In this document: in pieces, positions 35,701 to 44,838 of the stretch
How positions within the stretch are numbered: the first letter of the stretch is position 1
Layout: each line of letters opens with the position of its first letter
NCBI GenBank assembly: GCA_051362555.1
Contig: CM120640.1
Coordinates: 63,094,788 to 63,158,787, forward strand
Reading direction: 5' to 3'
Origin: Lingula anatina
Taxonomy: Eukaryota; Animalia; Brachiopoda
DNA length: 64,000 bases
The notes under the pieces: generated by a model
What the model was told of the DNA's origin: nothing
Databases searched by the model: none
Seen by the model: only the letters and a program-made list of their open reading frames with translations
Program-made: the position numbers and the translations under genes

Positions 35701-38447
35701 AGTGTTAAGCGATGATCAGAACACTGATCTTGTTCTACCTGTATGTGGTCAAAATACTTAAACCCAGTTACATGCATCTTCCACATTTTGTCTTAAATCA
35801 ATTCAACAATGCATTGTCACCTCTTTTACACATACATGTACAACAGTGAAAATTAAGCATGAAAGTATAATATTCAGTCCAAAAATTTTACCTACATGGT
35901 TTACACTCTGATGCATGGCAGATTAATAATGGAAAAGATAAAGCAGTCTCACACATCCTTTCTTTAAAAAAAAAAGTAATAAGAGAATACATTATTTAAT
36001 CAAGCTTACATTCTTGTTGATTTGTACCCGTAGTTTCAAGCACCTGCCACATTCCTCTGGCAGAAAAAAAATCACCAGTCCTGAGCAAAGCGGTACAGCA
36101 CAATACTTCCCCATGTTCTTAGGACCTACTATTATATACACACAACCACACTGAAGTCTTAAACCAAATAAGATGCCCAAATATAAGAGAGTAAATTTTA
36201 AAGTCTTGGCTAACTGCCTGTCTGTGGTGCCTTATTACACCCACACTGGAGTCAATAATTGGAGAAGACACCGACCCTCAAAAGAATTATACATGCTTAG
36301 GCTTATACCTGGGGCATTTTGTCTCTATCTGTTACAAATATGCAGCATATTTTTACTTTGTTCCACCTTTCTGTCTACACAGTGCAGTGCATTCCACTTT
36401 CATCTGCACCTTGGGGATGTGATAATAAATTGGTCTGTTTTCCACAGGATTGGCCTTTTTTATGATAAACCCGTCTTTTGGCAGGTTTTTTTTACAAGAT
36501 ACTGAAAGCATTGTATCATAAATTAACAGTTCTTTCATATTAATAAAAATAAGAATAAATGGCCTTTTATGTATTTTTGCATACTTTTTTGCATTTGAAG
36601 GTAAAGGTTTTTCCCCTCGACTCACTGTTGGTGACCAAGCATATACCATCATTGTATGTACTAATTGGAGGCCTATAAAGAATGATTTTTATTCTAATTT
36701 GAAATGAGAGTGAGGGATTTTTGCGATACAGTTCAATGCCATACAATTGAAACAGTCAGTTGTGAGTAAACTAAAAGCACTACTATAGTTTCCATTGCAA
36801 GACAGACCTATTCCTTTATCTTGGCATAAAAGGATATCATTTTTACGTTCTCATTATAAAGGCAAATATCAACATAATATTGAAAATGAAGATGATTAGT
36901 CTATGTGTATAAGCTCAGCATGAAATATGTTATAAATCTCTCTTAAAACATGCAATTTACTTATTTACACTTGTTATTTATCAGTAAAACATATTGACCA
37001 GCATTCACCACCATTCAGAAAACAGATAAACAAGTCGTACCTGGAAGCATTTTCATAAATGGCAATAAGATCACAATCAGTTACAAGCAGATCTTTTTCC
37101 CTTTCAATTACAACATTGTCAGCAATTGTTAACCAAAAAGTGAAAAGCAAACAATACAAGACTTTCATAAGACACTTTTCACACAGCTGTATCAGCTCAA
37201 ATCTACTGATATGGATGCGCTTGCACTAGAGGTCTTGTCTGGGTTCTAGTGTCTCACTGTCTAAAATATTTTATGCTATAATACATTTGTTTAGAATTTG
37301 TCCAGCAGTCCTAGTCTACATTCAATGATAGTCATAGTCATAGTGCAGGCCGACCAGAGATTCTACTGTGTTATTGTATTCCAACCAGTAGAACCAGTGA
37401 TGACATCATTTTTGCTTTCAGATATCTGTTGCTGTAATCACACCTTCAAAACATTGAAATCACACATAAAAAGTGCAACATATATACTTATTCAATCCTA
37501 GTGAGTGTTCTCTTTACATGTATATATGTGTAAAGGACTTCACAATTTGATTTCCAGACATATAATGTTCTGTATCTCAAAAACTATTTCCCACCCCTGA
37601 CACCCGATTTCAAATTTGCATTTTACATCTACGCAAATGGAATGCATTACCTATGTCATATGGAGCTTATCAATCATGAATCTCAATTTGTTTTGAAAGA
37701 AATAATTTGCTCACATTCTCTTTATCTTGTTTATTTGATAAAGATGACAACTAGTGGCTCATTAAACTTAAACTAATGCAATGTTTTCTTTATCTTCATT
37801 GTTTCTCCTTAAGAAAAATTCAAAGTAAATCAACATAATTCTCTGCACCCTGCATAATCAAAGGAGAACCAGGGTAAGAAAAAAGAATGTATCATTATAT
37901 AATGCCCTGCGTATCTTTCCTTCCCAGGTTAATGCCTTTTCTCCTTCATTTGGCATAGTCAAAACTGAATAATAAAAACCTTTCTGTCAACAAATCACAC
38001 ATGTCTACCTATACTATATCCTAGCTGGTACTACAAATCTAGACAGAAAAACTCAGGAGAAAAACGCTAATTAATTCTTCCAGGCAAACACACATACTGT
38101 GGACCATATAATTTCAACATTTCCTGGTAAATTGCCAAACAAAACCTTTTAACTGCTTCATGTCAAGTGTTCAGTTTATTCCAAACCATACTACCTTCCT
38201 GAGAGCAGCAATTCTGTTATAAACAATTATCCCAATGCTGACAAAGTGTGAAATATCCACGCTATACATATACTTTGAAGTAAAGGTAGTCTTAGGCCCT
38301 AATTTTCACTTTGTGCAGTAAACTTCTCTGTTTTGCACCATGCTAACTGGTCCTAACTTGTAGCTATGTTATAGTTTTTTTAAACTACTCTCTACAGGTT
38401 TTTTTCTCAACTGTTGTGGGCAGTGGGGCCTCTGCTTGAACTTTTAT

Positions 38448-38618
38448 TTAAAACCAACACACTTTCGGGCTTGCAGAGTTTATTTAAGAAAATAAATAAA
38501 CGACTAACTACATACGATTGAAATATATATAGTATAACAATTCGTTTAAAGAAAAAGGTTGACACAATGGAAAATAACTGTATATAAAAACCTACTGATG
38601 ATGAAACGACTATACCCC
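38448..38618 (-). repeat. Split direct repeat B2 (171 bp), element 3' end
   Basis: Copy of 38907-39077; AATAAA in element sense at 38484-38479. Confidence 0.95.
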
Positions 38619-38677
38619 CCATGCTGAGTTGCAAGTCTGGAATTTTACGTACACCCCCTTGAGGGTGGGTGGGTGGG

Positions 38678-38906
38678 AAATAAAAACGCAATAACTATGA
38701 AGCACCGGAGGAAGAGGGAGAGCGCCTGCTCCCTACACGCTTCTTCCTTGCTCGCTGCCAACGCTCTAATTGCCGATTTTAAAAGAGTCACGTGGCTGCT
38801 TTTCGGCTAACGGCCTTAAATTTGATAGGCTCCCACGACGGGGACCGCGCGCGGCGCGCCCTCCAGTGGCGGTTTTAAATAGCTTTCCGTTAAACGAAAA
38901 GAGTAC
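38678..38906 (-). repeat. Split direct repeat A2 (229 bp)
   Basis: Copy of 42809-43037; directly abuts B1. Confidence 0.95.
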
Positions 38907-39077
38907 TTAAAACCAACACACTTTCGGGCTTGCAGAGTTTATTTAAGAAAATAAATAAACGACTAACTACATACGATTGAAATATATATAGTATAACAAT
39001 TCGTTTAAAGAAAAAGGTTGACACAATGGAAAATAACTGTATATAAAAACCTACTGATGATGAAACGACTATACCCC
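38907..39077 (-). repeat. Split direct repeat B1 (171 bp)
   Basis: Identical by eye to 38448-38618 (offset 459); contains AATAAA in element sense (38943-38938). Confidence 0.95.
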
Positions 39078-39144
39078 AACCCAAATAAAGTAGTTGTAAA
39101 CTAAAGTCTGAAACAGTTTATTACGGGTAGTTACTTGGGACGGC

Positions 39145-40112
39145 CTAAGTTTGTTTGATGGCCTTGTGCATAGTGTCATATTTCATATCAGGGGTGGGCT
39201 TAATATATTCAAAAACAGCGTCACTTGACCAGTCACCCATTGATTTAACCATCCCTAGGGGGGTACCCACGGACAGCAGCCAGGTAGCCCCCCCTCTCCG
39301 CAAACTGTGGGTATTATAGACGGTAGGTGAAAGGCCTATTGTTCCCAGGGATTTTGTCAGTCTATGGCGGAAGCTCGCAGACGTGAGGTAGACCGTAGTA
39401 TCGTCCTTTAGGGTAGCGAAGAGGGGCGCCGATTCTGGCGTCTCGAGCGACAGTTTGAAAAAAGCTGTCAGTGCTGTAGTAGGACATAGTGCGTTCCCTG
39501 GCATGAAGGGAAGGGTGATGATGTGAGTTCTTTGGCCGAACTGGTTGGTTTTTGACTTAGTCACCCGTATGGTGCACCCTCTCTTAGTGAAAGTCACGTC
39601 ACGCCGCAGGATAGAATGACCCGGATCTGATTGCGATTTCGCCGTGAAGTTGCTGACTCTGAGCATGCCGAAAAACGCAGTTAAGCAAGCTGCCCACGTC
39701 TGCAGCTGGTCTAGGTCGCTTAAAATAAGGGTAGAACGCAGTTGGAGCAGGTGGAACGGGAGTATTGGTGATTTCTGTCGGCTGGGGTCCTGTTTGTGCC
39801 GTTTTATCCCGCCGATGGTAGCCTTAACATCCCACGAGGAGAGAGGGTTTGGGAACCCGAATTCCAAATGAATAATCCTAACTATGTTCAGGTACTGGCG
39901 AAGCGTAGATACGCCGCATGTGCGAGCCCGATACGCTGCATATCTGCAGAGATTTGCGGACGAGATAGGAACGGGCACACACTTTATCTCGGCGCAGAAT
40001 TTGGCGTAGGCGCGAAGGTGGGATTTGTAAGTGCTCTTAGTGGACGGTGCGAATAGCTGGGATCTCCAAAAGACTACCTCCTCATCTAGTTGCTGGCGCA
40101 GCCGCACGTGAT
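39145..40112 (-). CDS. Tyrosine recombinase (YR) of the retrotransposon
   Basis: Catalytic set R (FFGMLRVSN), K (SKTNQ), HSLRRGGAT, W (GDWSS), Y (FEYI). Overlaps the RT/RH stop. No ATG until residue 148 of the track ORF; start placed at the putative splice acceptor. Confidence 0.94.
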
Positions 40113-41737
40113 CTGAGTGAAGAAGAGAGAGAAAATAAAGATAAGTCAGTCATGTGATTCCTAAGATTGTAAAAAGGAGGTTTGGTATTGTGGTACATAT
40201 AAAAAACGGACACTAAGTTAATGAAGCGCGCACAAGAGTTCAGGTCGTGTATTCTTGATACGGCGTCGGCCATCCCATTGTCTTTTCCTGCGATATGAGC
40301 CGCCTGAATTGAAAAACAATGCTTCAGGGATAAATACGATAAGTCCTTAAGGAGGTCGTTACACATGTGATTGGGTGACGCTCCTTTGTTTAAGATGTGC
40401 ATGGCGACCTCGCTATCTGTGTGGACAATGACCCGGCATGAAGACCACAGGTGTCCCCATCTGTAAGCTGCAAGGACAATGGCTGCAAGTTCCTTTACGT
40501 TGATATGGCTGGCGCCAAGGCGGGGGGCATCCTGCTCCCAGTTCGTGTAATACCAGTCTCCATTGTGGAAGGCTCCACCTGCAAAAACACTGGAGTCTGT
40601 GAATACATGACATTCTGGACGGAAATCCCAGATTAGTCTGGTGTTGTTTCCTGCAATAAGCCATTTATTCCACCAAAGGAAGTCCCGGCGAAGAGAATCG
40701 AGTTTGCACTTGTGTGCCGCCTTTTTAAGAGTTGAAATCGCGTTGAAAATGGGGCGCACATGAGTTTTGCCCCAAGGGATAACATTTGAAGCCCACACGA
40801 GTTTCCCTGCGAGAGATTCAAGCTGGCGCCGCGACGCACGCTTCCGGGCCATGTATTGTTTTAAGCATGTAATCAGAGCCGACACCTTCTGCTTTTCCAG
40901 GGATAGCGTACCCGCGACAGTGTCTATGACGGTGCCCAGGAACGTAAGCCTTGTCGTAGGGTCGCACACTTTCTTCCAATTCACACTAAAGCCGAGCCGC
41001 CTCAGGAGATTAATCAAGGCGTTGTAAGCGTCCCGACACTCATTAAAGGTCTCTCCTATCACTAGAAAATCGTCGAGATATACTACCACATTAAAACCTC
41101 TTCTCTCCATCATTCGTTTGACGCTTTGTGAAATCCGATGAAAAATTTCAGGAGATTTGGTAGCACCGAATGGCAGTCTTGTATCCACTAGAACACGTGG
41201 CTCCCTATCGTCACTGAATTTCCATTTTAGCCCTGTGAGCCGGAACTGGGACGGGTGCAAGGGAACGGAGCGATAGGCTGCCTCGAGGTCCACTTTCGCT
41301 AGGTAATGACCGGGTTTGATCAGATTGAGGGCCGTCTGTAAAGTCTCACACTTAAAAGTGTTCTTAGTAGCATAATCATTGACAGCCTTACCTTCAGGAC
41401 GACTGTAATCGTGAATTAGGCGTATCTTGTCGTCGGACTTAGGCACTGCTGATAACGCGCTGATAATTAAGGGGTCTGCCTTGGGATATATGTAGCGACC
41501 TTCTCTTATCTCTTCTAGAATCTGCCTTTCCACCATGATTTTTGCACCTCCGCAGGTGGCAGATTTACTGTTAATAGTTTCGACTCTTGGTATGCTATCT
41601 AAATCAATGTCATCCACAATGCGAAAGCCCTCAGAGATTCCCCTTAAAATAAAAACATTGTCAACGTCTCCGCTTAGTTCCTCTCCCCACGCTCGAAGGT
41701 TTTCGCGGAGCGGAGAATCCCTCGCGCTTTGTAATGG
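40082..41737 (-). CDS. pol: Reverse transcriptase / RNase H ORF, in frame with gag behind a single TGA
   Basis: RT motifs RLIHD, AKVDLEAAY, RLPFG, VYLDDFL, FLG; RNase H motifs FTDSS, INVKELAA, HTDS, ADAVSR. The frame is open from 41737, 40 codons upstream of the GTG start used by the ORF track. Confidence 0.95.
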   Translation of the reverse strand, partial: PLQSARDSPLRENLRAWGEELSGDVDNVFILRGISEGFRIVDDIDLDSIPRVETINSKSATCGGAKIMVERQILEEIREGRYIYPKADPLIISALSAVPKSDDKIRLIHDYSRPEGKAVNDYATKNTFKCETLQTALNLIKPGHYLAKVDLEAAYRSVPLHPSQFRLTGLKWKFSDDREPRVLVDTRLPFGATKSPEIFHRISQSVKRMMERRGFNVVVYLDDFLVIGETFNECRDAYNALINLLRRLGFSVNWKKVCDPTTRLTFLGTVIDTVAGTLSLEKQKVSALITCLKQYMARKRASRRQLESLAGKLVWASNVIPWGKTHVRPIFNAISTLKKAAHKCKLDSLRRDFLWWNKWLIAGNNTRLIWDFRPECHVFTDSSVFAGGAFHNGDWYYTNWEQDAPRLGASHINVKELAAIVLAAYRWGHLWSSCRVIVHTDSEVAMHILNKGASPNHMCNDLLKDLSYLSLKHCFSIQAAHIAGKDNGMADAVSRIHDLNSCARFINLVSVFYMYHNTKPPFYNLRNHMTDLSLFSLSSSLRSRAAAPATR

Positions 41738-42802
41738 TCAGTGGGTTGTGTTTCTGCTTTCTTGCTGACTATGTGTGAATTCCCCGTGTGACGAGCTTTG
41801 GCATGTCAAACAAATGTGCGCAAAGCGGCAGTTTTGGAGAGAGCACCCTTGTCGACCATTGTACTTGAGACATATGGGGCGTCCTGACGATGGGTCTGTC
41901 CTGTTCGGCTTTCGTCTGTGTCCCAGGGAAGGAGGCGATGAGCGATCCTGGACTGGCTTAAGTAAGAGTTGCATAAGGAAAGGGCTGTCGCTTCCCCAGG
42001 GAAAACCCATGGAGTTTTGTGCCCTCCTGTACTCCGCATCGTACCGCAATACCGACGACCACGTAAACGATTGACCCATACACGCTACCTTCGTGATGTA
42101 GCCGACATATTGCATGGCTGTCTTCATGTCCGCGCCGTCTTGCTCCACCATTTCCTTCAGAATCTTCATTGATGCCTCGGTGAATTGCAGGGGGGTGATT
42201 TTCTCCAGTGGGATTTTCCGTTCCGTGAGAGATAGTTCTATGTTGCCTACTCGTAGTGGTACGTCGCTCTCTATCTTGCCTTTTTCGTAGGCCTGTGAAA
42301 ACATCACGTAGTCGCGGATCTCACGGAGCTTTGCAGTTTGCTTTTGTGGGATTGAGATCGAAAAGGGGTCAAAAATTTTACCTAGTGGCTCACCTGTTGT
42401 AGGTGTTTTGCTGTCCTGTTTCTCAACTCCTAGTAGCTGGCACAGCTTGGCATAATCTAGTTCGGAGTCAATAGGGTCTGGCTCCGTTTGTTTCCTCTCC
42501 CTCAGAACTTCCCTAGATGTAGATGGCTGATTTCCCTCACTTTCTGTGGCTCCTGTTGAATCACCCTCCCCCGCACCCGGACCCTGGTTGATCCGTGGCT
42601 GCGGAGGCTGCAGTGACTCCACTGCATCCTGCAGGAGTAGCAGCTGGGCCAAGGAAAGGGATCGTCCGAAATGTTTCTGAATAAGTGATTCAGAGAGCTT
42701 TTTGCAGCTCTTCAGAGATACAAAACCCGCGTCCTTTAAGATGTCTACCGTCTCTGGGGATAGCTCATTTTCCTGGACCCAAAGCTCGAAATTCTCTGCC
42801 AT
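41738..42802 (-). CDS. gag: Gag-like ORF1 of YR retrotransposon (354 aa)
   Basis: ATG 6 nt downstream of A1. W.SV.RYD.EYR motif and C-terminal Cys/His finger (CLKYN..GC..NCRFAHICLTC...H) typical of DIRS-order Gag. The N-terminal ~65 aa resemble a SAM fold. Confidence 0.88.
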   Translation of the reverse strand: MAENFELWVQENELSPETVDILKDAGFVSLKSCKKLSESLIQKHFGRSLSLAQLLLLQDAVESLQPPQPRINQGPGAGEGDSTGATESEGNQPSTSREVLRERKQTEPDPIDSELDYAKLCQLLGVEKQDSKTPTTGEPLGKIFDPFSISIPQKQTAKLREIRDYVMFSQAYEKGKIESDVPLRVGNIELSLTERKIPLEKITPLQFTEASMKILKEMVEQDGADMKTAMQYVGYITKVACMGQSFTWSSVLRYDAEYRRAQNSMGFPWGSDSPFLMQLLLKPVQDRSSPPSLGHRRKPNRTDPSSGRPICLKYNGRQGCSLQNCRFAHICLTCQSSSHGEFTHSQQESRNTTH

Positions 42803-42808
42803 AGTTTA

Positions 42809-43037
42809 AAATAAAAACGCAATAACTATGAAGCACCGGAGGAAGAGGGAGAGCGCCTGCTCCCTACACGCTTCTTCCTTGCTCGCTGCCAACGCTCTAA
42901 TTGCCGATTTTAAAAGAGTCACGTGGCTGCTTTTCGGCTAACGGCCTTAAATTTGATAGGCTCCCACGACGGGGACCGCGCGCGGCGCGCCCTCCAGTGG
43001 CGGTTTTAAATAGCTTTCCGTTAAACGAAAAGAGTAC
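42809..43037 (-). repeat. Split direct repeat A1 (229 bp)
   Basis: Identical by eye to 38678-38906 (offset 4131). Confidence 0.95.
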
Positions 43038-44694
43038 GTAATAGCTAGGCAATTAAGTATTCAATCCCTCAAAATGGTGTGAAACAGAAAAGTTTGCCAC
43101 ATGATGTGAAAAAGGTCTTAAATTTAGATTGGCCTTTTTATCTTATAGGTAAGAACAGAATAATAATGAAAATTGTAATATTGAAAACCAAAGCTTTAAT
43201 TAAGTCCCCAAACTTAAACCATTTGCTAATTTCTCATTTGTTAGTCAGTTTCTATATATCACTTTTAACTGAAAAAAAAAAAAAAAAAAAAGAAAAGTTC
43301 TGATGTACATGTTTAGGAAAGCTGTGCACTTGTGTTGCAAGTCACGACTTTTGACAACATTGCCCTTTTTCAACGAAATTATTCAGTGCTCCTTCAAAAT
43401 AATTAAATCAACTTGTCTAAATAGAAAGCACATGGGTCAAGAGATTACCTGACCACCTATGTATTAGTTTCCCCCCCCCCCACCCCCCCACCCAAATACC
43501 TCCGTAAAAATCTCCACACCCACCTATATAGGGTCCATTTCTAGACTAGATGCTGGGAAACCATGCAAAACACGTCTTTGATCTTCGTCTATGCCCACTG
43601 GCCCATTGCAGGCCAGTCAGAGAGTCTCGCCAATTGTGAATCAAATGACGTCACTTGTGTAGCAGTTCTACTTTTCCTCTAGGATGGTTGTCTATTTTGA
43701 TTTCATAATCTAGTGACCTCTGTCCAACTAGCTGAGGCAAAATGTGCGCTTGGCATGCAGTCGATTGCAATCCAGTTATTTAGGTACCATGCCCTGCATT
43801 TACTGCCTCTAGGTCATTCACTGGCTCAATCATTAGCAATACTGATTCAACAAATCTGCGTGTAACTATGCTAAATTTTTCATCTTAAATCTTTAAGGCA
43901 TAGATGTTTAGGATTCTAAACAAACCCTTCAAACTTTTTTAATCAGATATACAGCACAATTTTTCTGTGAACTTTGTTTTTTTTCTTAATTTTTAAAAAC
44001 TTTCAATCCCATATTTTCTAGTACAAGCAAACATGACTTGGACATCCAAAGTGTGATCATGCACAACATGCAAGCATGCAGTAGCTTACCTGCAAACCCA
44101 TATTGCATCCCTAACTTAAACAAACTTCCTTTTTTTCAGTAGCTTTCTACACTTTCTCTCAACTCCATACCAGAGCTTGCATTTGTGAAACATGTGCCCT
44201 TTCACCTACCTCACTGCGGCTTCGCAGCCTCTGGAACCTGTGAACCTTGTGCTTAAAAGACTGGTAATGTTCTTTAAGTGTAGAGTTGCGATCTCCTTGT
44301 CCCCCACTGGCTGTTGAGTTCTGCAGCATTTCACCCTAATGCCTGTGACCTATATCAATCAATTTCAGCACACTGTTGTACATTCCCATTAATTAACTCT
44401 CCTGCTAACTATCTCCTTCTCATTAATTTTTTCCTTTCTACCCTTCTTTTTTTACAAGCATCATGCTCCATCAATTTTCTCCTTGTTAACTTCTGGTGAT
44501 GTTAAAAAGATAATTCAACTTCTACAAAAATACCCTCTTGACATTTTTTTTTTTTTGCCTTTTCTGCTGTTGAACAGCTTTCAGTATTCCTTGCTGCCTT
44601 AATTTGATGAAAAAAACTTAAATAAAACAGGAGCAGTGAACACCAAAAATTCAGGTCACTCTGAAAACAAAATGCAGAGAAAACAGTGACTTAC

Positions 44695-44838
44695 CAGTTC
44701 GAGCACATCATACTCTGATTTGATCACTATTCTCCCTGTATAGTAACTTCTAGCTCCAGGGTAAGTGGCATGCTTGGACTGCAAATCAGGCAAGTCACCT
44801 AAGGAACCCAGGCCAAGGTATCTCTGATACTTTGCCAT
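44695..44838 (-). CDS. Probable alternative first coding exon of PDE3 (48 codons)
   Basis: TAG-ACC-ATG-G (in-frame stop, then perfect Kozak), 144 nt, ends CTG|GTAAGT in phase 0, compatible with acceptor 29007. Confidence 0.6.

Larger units (their letters stand above)
38448..43037 (-). mobile_element. Full-length tyrosine-recombinase (DIRS-order) retrotransposon with split direct repeats, Ngaro/PAT-like
   Basis: In element sense: A1 (43037-42809), gag, RT/RNaseH, YR, B1 (39077-38907), A2 (38906-38678), 59-bp spacer, B2 (38618-38448). Repeat copies look identical by eye, ORFs are intact, there is no TSD, and GC/CpG content is far above the flanks. Confidence 0.96.

Noticed and set aside
36974-37168. 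ORF with signal-peptide-like start and a donor-like site (AG|GTACGA)
   Set aside because: Donor is weak and phase 2, incompatible with the phase-0 PDE3 acceptor; no homology recognised.
38407-39084. Two ORFs with near-identical peptides (38407-38691, 38890-39084)
   Set aside because: They are translations of the B1/B2 repeats, not duplicated genes.
39644-42172. Antisense and alternate-frame ORFs overlapping gag, RT and YR
   Set aside because: Short, no motifs; expected shadows of GC-rich coding sequence.
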